Shown here: piece after piece, positions 51,549 to 62,083 of the stretch
Layout: each line of letters begins with the position of its first letter
Numbering within the stretch: position 1 is the first letter of the stretch
Assembly (NCBI GenBank): GCA_963718615.1
Contig: OY970368.1
Span: forward strand, 512,001-576,000
Source: an uncultured cyanobacterium
Lineage (GTDB): Bacteria; Cyanobacteriota; Cyanobacteriia; PCC-9006; JAAUQQ01
DNA: 64,000 nucleotides
Direction: 5' to 3'
Translations under genes and position numbers: made by a program
Notes under the pieces: generated by a model
Databases searched by the model: none
Seen by the model: only the letters and a program-made list of their open reading frames with translations
Told to the model about the DNA's origin: nothing

Positions 51549-53354
51549 CTATTGCTGATCGCTCAAATCCTGTTCAGATAGACCTAAGACGCTATTTCTA
51601 ATACCAAAAACATTGGTCGGATCGTTGGCATCTTTAAGCTTTTTGATCAAGCTTAAACTGGTCGGCGAGACCGTATCTTTTAGAAAATCCTTACGAAGCT
51701 TACCAACACCGTGGTGATGGGAAATAGAGCCCCCATTTTTTAGAATAGTTTGCCGCAGCGCATAGTGAATTTTATTCAGGATTTCTTCAGCATGGGGAAC
51801 ATCTTTGGCGTAGAAGCCATTCATAAAGTATATACAGACACCAGTATGATAGATTTGCGAAATTCGATAGGATAAAAACGGAGAACCCGGAAGATTGTGC
51901 TGTTGATGCTGCACTTGTAATTCTTCTCGGACCTGATGCACAACTTCATGAATCTTGCTCCAAGGAACTGTTGTTTCGAAGGTTTCACCTAGAATATGGA
52001 GCGAAGCTAGAAAGTCCCGAATATAGGCGATCGCAAACGTCAGATTGTATCCCCGTTTGCCATTAGTTGAACCACCGGAAACAGCTCCAAATTTTTTAGC
52101 CAGTTGATTAATACTTGTTTTTTGATACGCGACTTCTGGGGCAGTCCCCTCCATCACCAAGGTTGCTGCCACCATCTCACGCGGTTCAAACTTAAGAACA
52201 TCATGGAGATAGAAAAACTTTGCTTTATTCTTCCACTTTGCTTTAGGAGTTTCAGTTGATCTTAACGCTTGTCCAAACTGAAACTGTCCATTGTCAACCA
52301 GGCGAACACTGGCCGGTATAAAGTTAGTTTGTGACAGTTCTCGTAAAAACTCAACCCCTTTTGCTAAGGTGGGAAATACTAAGGAACCATAATGCTGAAC
52401 ATCGGGTAATCGATGGATTCGAATAATGGCTTTGGTGATGAGGCCCAAATTCCCTTCACTACCAAAGAGCAGTTGCTGCAATTGCATCCCCATCGACATA
52501 CGTGGACAAGCGATTTTTTGCTCAACCAGTCCCATAGGGGTAAGCAACGTAACACTCTCCACAACCTCTTCAATATTGCCATAGCGGTTTTTTTTCATGC
52601 CGCTAGCATTGGTCGAAATCCATCCCCCTAAGGTCGAGAGCTCTAGGCTATCGGGCTCATGACCACAGGTAAAACCTGCCTCTTTTAGGGTTTCTTCTAA
52701 CTGAGTTCCAGTAATCCCTGCTTGCACACAGGCTTGCATGTTTTTAGCATCAATCCATTCCACTTTATTCATTCTTTTGGTGTTGACGGCAACGATCATG
52801 CGCGTCTCCTCAGCGGGCAACATTAAAGCCCCACTGACACAGGTTCTGCCCCCAACGGGAACCAAACAGACATCAAACTGAAGCGCCAACTGAATCAATT
52901 GCTCGGCATCTGATTCTGATTCACAGAAAAAAACCATATCTACCCCACGGGGCAGTTGCTCAAAAAGCACTGGAAAAATTTCTTCCGCACCAGCTTGTCC
53001 GTGACTATGGCTCAGCCGCACAGAATCATCAAACGTGTAGGTATGCGGCGGAAAATGCTTTGCGATCGCCTCACAAAATCCTTCATTGCAGTGGGGAGGC
53101 GCGATGGGCTTCTCTTGCACCTCTGTCCGCAGGTCATTGAGATCCAAGGATACCCCTAGCCCCTTCTCTAGATAGGGCAAAAGATAGGGCATAGAATAGC
53201 CGCAAATCTGATAACGATCGCCAGTGAGGCTAACCTCACGCGTCTCAGGATTAACTACAAATTCCGTGTCTGAATATCCCCAACGATGCGACCAAAGCCC
53301 GCTGCCGTCCGACTGAGAGAGGTTTTCCATTTCCGAATTTTGAGTTTTGAACAT
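51549..53354 (-). CDS. alkyl-dihydroxyacetonephosphate synthase-like FAD-linked enzyme
   Basis: GHEPDSLELSTLGGW, ASGMKKNRYGNIE, GSEGNLG, ASVRLVDN, GETFETTVPW, CIYF, GGSISHHHGVGK. Confidence 0.88.
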   Translation of the reverse strand: MFKTQNSEMENLSQSDGSGLWSHRWGYSDTEFVVNPETREVSLTGDRYQICGYSMPYLLPYLEKGLGVSLDLNDLRTEVQEKPIAPPHCNEGFCEAIAKHFPPHTYTFDDSVRLSHSHGQAGAEEIFPVLFEQLPRGVDMVFFCESESDAEQLIQLALQFDVCLVPVGGRTCVSGALMLPAEETRMIVAVNTKRMNKVEWIDAKNMQACVQAGITGTQLEETLKEAGFTCGHEPDSLELSTLGGWISTNASGMKKNRYGNIEEVVESVTLLTPMGLVEQKIACPRMSMGMQLQQLLFGSEGNLGLITKAIIRIHRLPDVQHYGSLVFPTLAKGVEFLRELSQTNFIPASVRLVDNGQFQFGQALRSTETPKAKWKNKAKFFYLHDVLKFEPREMVAATLVMEGTAPEVAYQKTSINQLAKKFGAVSGGSTNGKRGYNLTFAIAYIRDFLASLHILGETFETTVPWSKIHEVVHQVREELQVQHQQHNLPGSPFLSYRISQIYHTGVCIYFMNGFYAKDVPHAEEILNKIHYALRQTILKNGGSISHHHGVGKLRKDFLKDTVSPTSLSLIKKLKDANDPTNVFGIRNSVLGLSEQDLSDQQ

Positions 53355-53544
53355 AGCTTATTTATTTAGGATGAATGCGTTATTGAAGATAAAAGCTTTC
53401 GAACTGTAGCATGAGGGCTTTTAAAATATTATGCTGGGCGCTTTGAGAATACAGAGTCTTTTTTAGCAGATCCTTAGATTCTTTTTCAACAGAGCTCCGT
53501 AAAATACAATAACCCTATAGTCGCAAAATTCAAGGACCGAGTGC

Positions 53545-54207
53545 TCAACGAACCATGATTTTCTGCGAGCCCGTAAAGGTTCGATAGTGAGGCTGATCGG
53601 CGATCGCAAGCAACTCAGAGTCACCTTTGCTATCGCCATAGGCATAAAGATAATATTGCTGCAAATCACCTAACAAAGCTGTTAAACGAATAACCTTTTC
53701 TTTTCCATAACAACTATCTCCGAGCAGTTTTCCCGTGATTTTATCCTGTTCAACCGCGAGCTGAGTCGCAATGACATCGTTAATGCCGAGCCTTATTGCC
53801 CAAGGTCGAAGATAAACCTCTAAGTTTGCACTGACCACCACCACACGATGCCCTTGAGCTTGATGCCAAGCCAATCGCTCCATCGCCTGGGAATTGAGTA
53901 ATTTGGGCAATGTCACCTCAGAAAACTGAGCCGCCGCTGCTTGTAGGTCTGGCAATGACCAGCCTCGAAAATATTGGGTAACGAGGGTTTCTTTGATAAA
54001 GTGGTTTGAGCAACGACCTAAAACATAGGAAATCACGGCACGGCGTTTCTTCAACAAACCTTGACGCATTTTTTGGGCTGTACAAGCCGACTTCACAAAC
54101 GGTAAAAACGAGTCTTTCCGGGTCAATGTGCCATCAAAATCAAAGACCGCGATGGTCGGTCGCTGAACGAGATTCGACATGGAAATAGAAGGCGAAGAAT
54201 CTAGCAT
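53545..54207 (-). CDS. HAD-IB family phosphatase
   Basis: FDFDGTLT, VVSA, GKEK, YGDSKGD. Confidence 0.9.
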   Translation of the reverse strand: MLDSSPSISMSNLVQRPTIAVFDFDGTLTRKDSFLPFVKSACTAQKMRQGLLKKRRAVISYVLGRCSNHFIKETLVTQYFRGWSLPDLQAAAAQFSEVTLPKLLNSQAMERLAWHQAQGHRVVVVSANLEVYLRPWAIRLGINDVIATQLAVEQDKITGKLLGDSCYGKEKVIRLTALLGDLQQYYLYAYGDSKGDSELLAIADQPHYRTFTGSQKIMVR

Positions 54208-54244
54208 GAACGGCTAGGGTAAAGAATTTTGTAGATTGTATAGC

Positions 54245-55033
54245 TTACAGGGTTTGGGCAAGCGGTAATGGCTGAGATGAAGTATCAGCATTCGCCATCT
54301 CCTCAATTCTAGAACGAATTTCGTCCACAATCTCGCGGCAGAGTCTTCGATTGCTCTCGACCTCCAATCTCGCTTGATAGGGCGCAATATCAATCGGACG
54401 ACCAAACTGAATACGAATAGGATGTCGTTTGGGAAAATGCGCCCCTTTAGGAAAAGCCTGAAAACTTCCTTCAATATGAACCGGTATAATTGAGACATTG
54501 AGCTGCATTGCCAAAAAACCAGTCCCGAGCTTAAACGGCTGTAGTTTCCCTGTTTTTGAGCGTGTCCCCTCCGGAAATAGCAAGATCATTTTATTTTGAG
54601 CGACAAGATCCTGACAAGACTTAAGCGCATCTGTCGAATGGCCCTGTCGCTGAAAGGGGATCATGTTTAAAACATGTTGGCAAATTTTCCCTTTGATAGG
54701 ATGATCAAAGAAATAATCCTTGGCTGCCAAGCTATAGACCTGATTCATATAGCGATTTGCTGCGGCAATAGTTGCTGGCCCATCCAAATGACTAGAATGG
54801 TTGGCCGCCAAGAGAACAGGTTGATCCTTAGGAAGGTTATCTAAACCTTCGATTTTAAGCTGAAACCACATGCGCAGAATAAACTGGCACATGTACCAAA
54901 TCAAAGCCTGTAGGACAGGATTAAGAATTCTTTGAAATAAGACAATACTTAATTTTTGATGAAGATTAGGAGCTAACCCAAAATTTGCCGAAAGCGTAGT
55001 CTTCAGGGGAACCATCAATTTTAAGGGAAGCAT
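54245..55033 (-). CDS. glycerolipid (PlsC/LPLAT-family) acyltransferase
   Basis: NHSSHLD, FPEGTRS, PFKLG. Confidence 0.9.
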   Translation of the reverse strand: MLPLKLMVPLKTTLSANFGLAPNLHQKLSIVLFQRILNPVLQALIWYMCQFILRMWFQLKIEGLDNLPKDQPVLLAANHSSHLDGPATIAAANRYMNQVYSLAAKDYFFDHPIKGKICQHVLNMIPFQRQGHSTDALKSCQDLVAQNKMILLFPEGTRSKTGKLQPFKLGTGFLAMQLNVSIIPVHIEGSFQAFPKGAHFPKRHPIRIQFGRPIDIAPYQARLEVESNRRLCREIVDEIRSRIEEMANADTSSQPLPLAQTL

Positions 55034-55279
55034 CAATTTATTTTTTATCCGTTCAAAAGTGATTCGATCTTGTCCAGATAGACCCTTTTCTCATCGATAA
55101 TCTAGCTTAGCCAAATTTCGAAACGGTTGCCTGCAAAGGCAAACATCAAAGCCTAACACAATATTCCTATGTGAGACTTTACTGGCAATCAGGCGCTAGT
55201 TTTCCTGCAAAACGTCGACTTGTTGAAATCCTCACAGAATCGTCTTTCAATTGAAGCGAGAGTAAAGTTTTGCTCAGTA

Positions 55280-56251
55280 TCAAGTCAAATTTTTTCTCAC
55301 CCAGTCGCCGGTTGTAGCCATTCCTTCTTCTAGATTAATTTGAGGCTGATACCCTAGCCGATGACGTGCTTTTTCGATCGAATAGGGATAACGTCGTGTA
55401 GAAATATCAATTGTGTCCGCAGTGGCTCCTATTTTGTTATTAGGAAAAAGTTTTAAGATTATTTTTGCCAGTATTGCAGGAGCTGAAGGGTATTTTGGTA
55501 AATTTTCGATTTTTGCGAGTCTTTGATAATAGTCTTTCCAAGTCGTTTCACAGCCATCGGTGATATTGAAGGCTTCACCATAGGCTTCCTGCTCAAGGGC
55601 AAGAAAGATAGCGTCCACTAAATTGTCCACATAGACGTGGTTCATGACGCCTCGACCATTATTGAGCAGGAAGAACTTACGCGATCGCATCATCTCCAAA
55701 GGACGAATCACCCAGGGCACAGAGCGAGGACCATAGACATCTCCCGCTCGGATGACAATGACCCCAAAGTCCGGTGGGTTGTTGAGGGCTAGAACTTGCT
55801 GATCAGATTCTAGTTTTGTGAGGCAGTAAGGATTTTTACCCTGATAAAACGGTCCAGACTCCGTTACATACTTGGGATATCGAACCCCATAAACCACCAC
55901 GCTAGAAAGCTGAACAAAGGCTTTAACCTTGGCCTGTTTTGCAGCATGGGCCATCGTTAAAGTGCCTTCTACATTCACTTTGCGGAACTCCGCTAGGTCC
56001 CCTTCTTCTTTTACGATCGCAGCCGTATGAATAACCAGATCTATATCCTTACAAGCCCTGTGGGCAATTTCTGGATCAGTCACGCTACCTGCGATCATTT
56101 CGATGCCAAGCCGTCCTGCCAAATCGCTGGTATCTGGCGATCGCTGTAGTCCTCTAACCTTGATGCCTCTGGCTACAGCCAACTCCGCAATTCGCTGTCC
56201 AATACAACCACCAATACCCGTAATCAACAGAGTTTTATGACTTAGGTCCAT
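55280..56251 (-). CDS. extended SDR (3-beta-HSD / NAD-dependent epimerase-like reductase)
   Basis: TGIGGCIG, HTAA, LSS, YCLTK, VYGP. Confidence 0.85.
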   Translation of the reverse strand: MDLSHKTLLITGIGGCIGQRIAELAVARGIKVRGLQRSPDTSDLAGRLGIEMIAGSVTDPEIAHRACKDIDLVIHTAAIVKEEGDLAEFRKVNVEGTLTMAHAAKQAKVKAFVQLSSVVVYGVRYPKYVTESGPFYQGKNPYCLTKLESDQQVLALNNPPDFGVIVIRAGDVYGPRSVPWVIRPLEMMRSRKFFLLNNGRGVMNHVYVDNLVDAIFLALEQEAYGEAFNITDGCETTWKDYYQRLAKIENLPKYPSAPAILAKIILKLFPNNKIGATADTIDISTRRYPYSIEKARHRLGYQPQINLEEGMATTGDWVRKNLT

Positions 56252-56458
56252 AAATAACCACAATTAATGATTAAGACTCAAAGCACGTCCCAACACGTAC
56301 CAATATGACAAGAAATATAGCCCTGTATTACACATGCAGAGTGTAACATAGAGAACCAGGGAGAACCAAGGAGTTCCATTTGCTGACTCCTTGGTCGTTC
56401 CATCTCAGCAAACGGTTCGATCGTCCACCCAAGATCAAATGACAATCAGGAATGACAA

Positions 56459-56986
56459 TCAGGTTCGTTCCTTGATTGCCTGAATGACTTGAGCCGTGCA
56501 ATCTTCTAGACTGGTTTCCTGGGTCTTGCACTCCACCTCAGGATTGAGAGGGGGCTCATAGGGATCATCAATGCCAGTGAACTGCTTAATCTCTCCAGCC
56601 CGCGCTTTTTTGTATAAACCCTTGACATCCCGTGCTTCGCAGACTTCCAAGGGAGTACTGACATAGACCTCAATAAAGGCATCAATCTGAGCCCGGATCT
56701 CTTCTCGAATCGCACGGTAGGGCGAAATCACCGGCACCAGCACAATGACGCCGTTTCGAGCTAGGAGTTTGGTGACAAATCCAATCCGGCGGATATTCGT
56801 GTCCCGGTCTTCTTTACTAAACCCAAGGTCTTTCGTCAGTCCTTCGCGGACGATGTCACCATCAAGGACCTCTACTCGATATCCTTGCGATCGCAGTTGT
56901 TGCTCGACTTCAGCGCAAATCGTTGATTTTCCAGAACCGCTTAAACCTGTAAACCAAACTGCAAGACCTTTATGAAAATTGCTCAT
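56459..56986 (-). CDS. cysC: adenylyl-sulfate kinase
   Basis: WFTGLSGSGKST, LDGD, RDVKGLY, FTGIDDPYE. Confidence 0.95.
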   Translation of the reverse strand: MSNFHKGLAVWFTGLSGSGKSTICAEVEQQLRSQGYRVEVLDGDIVREGLTKDLGFSKEDRDTNIRRIGFVTKLLARNGVIVLVPVISPYRAIREEIRAQIDAFIEVYVSTPLEVCEARDVKGLYKKARAGEIKQFTGIDDPYEPPLNPEVECKTQETSLEDCTAQVIQAIKERT

Positions 56987-57382
56987 GCCCTACCTAGAAA
57001 ATCTACGGGGTTAAATTGTGTTCTGTAATTTTATCTGAAAACGTCAGACGTCTAACTTCGCCTTGAATTCAGGGTTATCAGATTGAAGATTCGGTAAACC
57101 CAGGTAAAACTACGGGCTTCGGATGTATCTCCATGATATTTTGATGCAAGGCAAGACCCAAATGCCAATTGATATTACGTCCTAATTATGAAGCTTTTGT
57201 AAGGCTTTTCTGCCCTCAATGATGAAATTCTGACTGATTTTCTAATGGGATTGCCTAAAGTGGGACTCTCATAGGAGATCATATGCAGGGACAGATACGT
57301 TGATTATTAATTACGATGCAGCACAATTGCATTTAGATATATCTTATACATCAGCCTGATGCAGGCTTAGGGAAGCAGTCTA

Positions 57383-58234
57383 ATGAAAGTAGCTATTCTT
57401 GCAGGTGGTCTGGGAACGCGGCTAGAGGAAGAAACCACAGAAAAACCAAAGCCAATGGTTGAGATCGGTGGAAAACCGATCCTGTGGCACATTATGAAGC
57501 ACTATTCCCATCATGGGTTTGATGACTTTGCGATCGCCCTAGGCTACAAAGCAGAAGTCATCAAAAAATACATGGTGGACTATTGTTCCCTCAATAGTAA
57601 TCTTACGGTCAACCTCCGCAACGGCACCGTCCAGCGCCACGATGGCAACAGCCCCAACTGGAATATTGACTTGATCGATACGGGACTCCATACCAATACC
57701 GGGGGACGCATCAAGCGCTTGGCTCCTTACCTCGGTAATGAAACCTTCATGTTGACCTGGGGGGATGGGGTTTCCGATCTGGACATCAATCAGTTGCTGG
57801 CATTCCATCGTTCCCATGGTAAACTCGCGACCCTCACAGCGGTTCATCCCCCTGCTCGGTTTGGCCATTTGGATCTTAATGGGGCTCAGGTGACGGAATT
57901 TTCTGAAAAGCCCCAAACCCGTGAAGGATGGATTAATGGTGCCTTTTTTGTCCTAGAGCCTGGTATTTTTGACTATATTGACAGTGACGCAACCCAATGG
58001 GAAAAAGAACCGCTGGAGCGTCTAGCCCAAGATGGACAACTCATGGCCTATCAGTACCGAGGCTTCTGGCAATGTATGGATACCTTGCGGGATAAGCGCC
58101 GCCTAGAAAGTCTGTGGGCATCGGGAAACGCACCTTGGAAAACGTGGGAGGAAAAGGATGAGAGTCTTACTAACCGGGCATCTGGGATACATTGGAACCG
58201 TAATGGTTCCCCTGTTGCTCGCCAAGGGGCATGA
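57383..58234 (+). CDS. rfbF: glucose-1-phosphate cytidylyltransferase
   Basis: LAGGLGTRLxEET..PKPM, TGGRIKR, INGAFF, GFWQCMDT.RD, APWK. Confidence 0.92.
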   Translation: MKVAILAGGLGTRLEEETTEKPKPMVEIGGKPILWHIMKHYSHHGFDDFAIALGYKAEVIKKYMVDYCSLNSNLTVNLRNGTVQRHDGNSPNWNIDLIDTGLHTNTGGRIKRLAPYLGNETFMLTWGDGVSDLDINQLLAFHRSHGKLATLTAVHPPARFGHLDLNGAQVTEFSEKPQTREGWINGAFFVLEPGIFDYIDSDATQWEKEPLERLAQDGQLMAYQYRGFWQCMDTLRDKRRLESLWASGNAPWKTWEEKDESLTNRASGIHWNRNGSPVARQGA

Positions 58235-59180
58235 GGTTGTTGGCCTCGACAGCGATCTCTTTCGCGGCAGTACCTTTGGGGGGGGGATTTGCCCCATTCC
58301 AGAACTGCGGAAAGATATTCGGGACGCTGTCGCAGCGGATCTAGAGGGCTTCGACGCAGTGCTTCACTTGGCCGGGTTATCCAACGATCCCCTCGGTCAT
58401 TTTAATCCTCAGCTCACGGATGAAATTAACCATCTCGCGACGGTACGGCTAGCGGAATTGGCCAAAGCCGCAGGGGTATCTCGGTTTGTGTTTTCTTCCT
58501 CTTGCAGCAACTATGGCGCGGGCGGGCAGGACTGGCTGACGGAGGACTCCCCCCTCAATCCGATGACCCCCTACGGTCGGTCCAAGGTTGACTCAGAGCA
58601 TTCGCTCAACCAGATGGCGGACGATCGCTTTAGTCCCACCCATCTGCGCAATGCCACGGCCTTTGGAGCCTCTCCCCGAATTCGCTTTGACCTGGTGCTG
58701 AATAATCTGATGGCTTGGGCTTTCACCACAGGTCGGGTCTATATCAAAAGCGACGGCACACCTTGGCGACCGATTGTGCATATCGAAGACATTGGTCGAG
58801 CCTTTATTGCGGTCATGGAAGCCCCTCGGGACAAGGTCCATGGTGAAGCCTTTAATGTGGGCCGTAATCAGGATAATTATCGCGTGCGCGAGATTGCCAA
58901 CATTGTCCAAGCCACGGTACCGGGCTGCGAAATTGAGTATGCGCCCGATGGCGGACCGGGGCCGAGCTGCTACCGCGTGGATTGCAGCAAGATCCAACGG
59001 GTGTTGCCGGAGTTTCAGCCCCAGTGGGATGCTTGCAAAGGGGCAAAACAACTTTATGAAACCTTCCAGAAAGTGGGGTTAACCCTCGAAGAATTTGAGG
59101 GACCAAAATACAGCCGAATCGCTCATGTGCGATCGCTCCTGCAATCCGGCAGTCTAGGAGATCAGCTCCGCTGGCGCTAG
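58158..59180 (+). CDS. NAD-dependent nucleotide-sugar epimerase/oxidoreductase (SDR)
   Basis: TGHLGYIG, HLAGLSND, SSCSNYG, YGRSK. Confidence 0.88.
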   Translation: MRVLLTGHLGYIGTVMVPLLLAKGHEVVGLDSDLFRGSTFGGGICPIPELRKDIRDAVAADLEGFDAVLHLAGLSNDPLGHFNPQLTDEINHLATVRLAELAKAAGVSRFVFSSSCSNYGAGGQDWLTEDSPLNPMTPYGRSKVDSEHSLNQMADDRFSPTHLRNATAFGASPRIRFDLVLNNLMAWAFTTGRVYIKSDGTPWRPIVHIEDIGRAFIAVMEAPRDKVHGEAFNVGRNQDNYRVREIANIVQATVPGCEIEYAPDGGPGPSCYRVDCSKIQRVLPEFQPQWDACKGAKQLYETFQKVGLTLEEFEGPKYSRIAHVRSLLQSGSLGDQLRWR

Positions 59181-59237
59181 CGCCATTCATCTATATAAAC
59201 CTCATAAACCTTCTATAACTATCCCTCTCACCCTTCT

Positions 59238-60467
59238 ATGGATAATCCCAACGTCGCCTGTCACGCCTGCAAAAATCCCCAGCTTGATTTGATTCTTTCC
59301 TTTGGAAAGACCCCCCTAGCGGACGCGCTGCTATCCGCTACCCAGTTGCAGGAGCCAGAAATTTTTGCGCCGCTGGACTTAGCCTTTTGCCCCCAATGCG
59401 GATTGGTTCAAATTACCGAAGTTATCGATCCAGAAATTCTCTTTTGCCGAGACTATCCTTACTATTCGTCCGTTTCCAAATCCTTGATGGAGCACTTTGA
59501 AGCGAGTGCTAAGGCCCTCATCTTGGCTAGAAATTTGACGCAAGCGAGCCTCGTGGTTGAAGCCGCCAGCAATGATGGTTACTTACTCAAACACTTTGCC
59601 CAATCGGGAATTCCGGTTCTGGGCATCGACCCCGCTGAGGGGCCGGTTCAAGTGGCTCAGGCCGCTGGGATTCCGACGCTCCGCACTTTTTTTGGTGAAG
59701 AACTTGCCCAGCAGTTGCGCCAAGCGGGCAAGCGGGTGGATGTCTTTTTGGCCAATAATGTTTTGGCCCATGTACCTGATCTCAATGGCTTTGTCGCAGG
59801 GATTTCTCTACTCCTCAAAGACAGCGGCGTCGCGGTGATTGAAGCACCCTATGTCGTCGATTTGGTGGAGCAAGGCGAATTCGATACGATTTACCATCAG
59901 CACCTTTGCTATTTCTCTGTCACCGCCCTGGATCGGCTCTTCCGTCGCCATGGGCTCTTTCTCAACCGGATCGAACGCACTTCTATCCATGGGGGCTCGC
60001 TGCGGCTTTTTGTGGAACCCCGAGAGGCGGTGGAAGCATCGGTAACGGCGCTCTTGCAAATGGAACAGGCGCAGGGGGTCGATCGACTCGATTATTATCA
60101 TGATTTTGCAGCGCGGGTGGCGATGATTAAGCGATCGCTCCTCACCCTCCTTCAAGATCTCAAACATCAGGGTAAACGCATTGCGGCCTACGGCGCAGCG
60201 GCAAAGGCGACCACCCTCTTGGCCTACATCGGTCTGGATCAGCAGTATCTAGACTACGTGGTTGATCTCAATCCCTATAAACACGGACGCTATATGGGCG
60301 GCAACCATTTACCAATTTTCCCACCTAGCAAACTCCTGGAAGATCAGCCGGATTACGTATTGATTTTGGCCTGGAACTTTGCAGAGGAAATTATGCGACA
60401 GCAATCTACCTATCGTGACCAAGGGGGACGCTTTATCGTGCCAATTCCTGAGCCCCAGATTATCTAA
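59238..60467 (+). CDS. NDP-hexose C-methyltransferase-family protein (Zn-finger + SAM domain)
   Basis: CHAC...[46 protein letters not shown]. Confidence 0.87.
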   Translation: MDNPNVACHACKNPQLDLILSFGKTPLADALLSATQLQEPEIFAPLDLAFCPQCGLVQITEVIDPEILFCRDYPYYSSVSKSLMEHFEASAKALILARNLTQASLVVEAASNDGYLLKHFAQSGIPVLGIDPAEGPVQVAQAAGIPTLRTFFGEELAQQLRQAGKRVDVFLANNVLAHVPDLNGFVAGISLLLKDSGVAVIEAPYVVDLVEQGEFDTIYHQHLCYFSVTALDRLFRRHGLFLNRIERTSIHGGSLRLFVEPREAVEASVTALLQMEQAQGVDRLDYYHDFAARVAMIKRSLLTLLQDLKHQGKRIAAYGAAAKATTLLAYIGLDQQYLDYVVDLNPYKHGRYMGGNHLPIFPPSKLLEDQPDYVLILAWNFAEEIMRQQSTYRDQGGRFIVPIPEPQII

Positions 60468-60553
60468 CTTATCTAACTCTAACCCTCACCGATCTGGCTC
60501 AGCGCCACTGCGAACCGATTCAGCCTCTCCACTCAATTCTAGGAGCTCTGCCC

Positions 60554-61780
60554 ATGACTGTTGCGTCTGCCTCTGCGCCCCATCTCAGCACTTCGGACAA
60601 TGATCGCCCCATCTCCTGCCCCAACTGCGGCCATGATGACCTCACGCCGTTCTACGAAGTCCTAGATGTGCCGGTCCATAGCTGTTTGATGATGCCAAGC
60701 CCCGCCGCAGCTCTAGACTTTCCACGGGGTGATGTCAAGCTAGCCGTTTGCAACCACTGCGGTTTTATTACCAATACGGCATTTGATGCCAAGTGGTCTG
60801 CCTATGCTCCCAATTATGAGGACCAACAGAGCTATTCACCGACCTTTAATCAATTTGCCCAGGACCTCGCCCAGCGGTTAATCGACAAGTACGATTTGCA
60901 CAATAAAGACATCGTTGAAATTGGCTGTAGCAAAGGCGACTTTCTTTTGTTGCTCTGCGAATTGGGCAATAACCGTGGTGTTGGCATTGACCCATCGGTT
61001 GTCCCTAGACGGGTGCAAAGTGAGGCCGCCGATCGCGTCACCTTTATCCAAGACTACTACTCCGAAAAGCATGCCGAATATGTCGGCGATTTTATCTGTT
61101 GTCGCCACACCCTAGAACATATTCAGCCCACACAAGAATTCCTCAAAACCGTACGGCAGTCCATTGGCGATCGCCTGCATATCAACGTATTTTTTGAAAT
61201 TCCTGAAACCCTGCGTGTGCTTCGAGACCAAGCCTTCGAAGACATCTACTATGAGCACTGCTCGTACTTCACGCCGGGTTCCTTGGCCCGACTGTTTCGA
61301 GCCTGTGGGTTTGAAATCACGGACCTCTACCTAGGCTATGGGGACCAGTACTTGCTGATTGAAGCCCAACCCATGGCCACGCCTTCCACAACCCTTCATG
61401 CCCTTGAGGAAAGCCCTGAAGCTACAGTCCAGGAAGTTCAAAACTTCGTACATAAAATCACAGAGAAGTTGAACTATTGGAAAGATCACTTAGCAACTAT
61501 GCAGCGCCAGGGAAAACGCGTTGTGGTTTGGGGCTCAGGCTCAAAATGCGTTGCGTTCCTGACAACGCTCAATACCCTGGACCAAGTGCAACATGTGATC
61601 GACATCAATCCCCACCGTCACGGCCAATTTATTCCAGGGATTGGCAAGGAGATCAAGCCCCCAACGTTTTTGAAAACCTATCAACCCGATGAGATTATTG
61701 TCATGAATGGGATCTACTGCGCTGAAATCCAGCAAATGCTAGACGAAATGGGCGTTCAAGCTCAGCTTACCCCTTTATAA
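60554..61780 (+). CDS. second C-methyltransferase-family protein (divergent paralog)
   Basis: CPNC...CNHCG, EIGCSKG, HTLEHI, DIYYEH, WGSGSK. Confidence 0.82.
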   Translation: MTVASASAPHLSTSDNDRPISCPNCGHDDLTPFYEVLDVPVHSCLMMPSPAAALDFPRGDVKLAVCNHCGFITNTAFDAKWSAYAPNYEDQQSYSPTFNQFAQDLAQRLIDKYDLHNKDIVEIGCSKGDFLLLLCELGNNRGVGIDPSVVPRRVQSEAADRVTFIQDYYSEKHAEYVGDFICCRHTLEHIQPTQEFLKTVRQSIGDRLHINVFFEIPETLRVLRDQAFEDIYYEHCSYFTPGSLARLFRACGFEITDLYLGYGDQYLLIEAQPMATPSTTLHALEESPEATVQEVQNFVHKITEKLNYWKDHLATMQRQGKRVVVWGSGSKCVAFLTTLNTLDQVQHVIDINPHRHGQFIPGIGKEIKPPTFLKTYQPDEIIVMNGIYCAEIQQMLDEMGVQAQLTPL

Positions 61781-62083
61781 CAGTCACCAATCTTTAATTT
61801 TATGAATCCTTAACAGAGGCCCGAGCTGGTATGTACTTAACGTAAAGGGAAAAGCATTAGATCGGGATTTCCACTAGAATGATCTATGAATTGAACCATT
61901 CAATAATGCCACCATCAATCTCAATCCTACCTCAAAATCTTTGATTGGTTTATTTCAGTACATCCCGGTCTAATCAGGCGTTATCTGTAAACTTACACTT
62001 CTGACTAAAATACCGATCCTCTATGTTTCTGATTGAGAGACATATGCTGTTGGCCTGAGTCAGAAAGGAATACTTATTTAACT

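Noticed and set aside
51549-53354. Glycolate oxidase GlcD / D-lactate dehydrogenase call
   Set aside because: HHHGVG and GHEPDS/ASGMKKN motifs, length and lipid-enzyme neighbours favour AGPS
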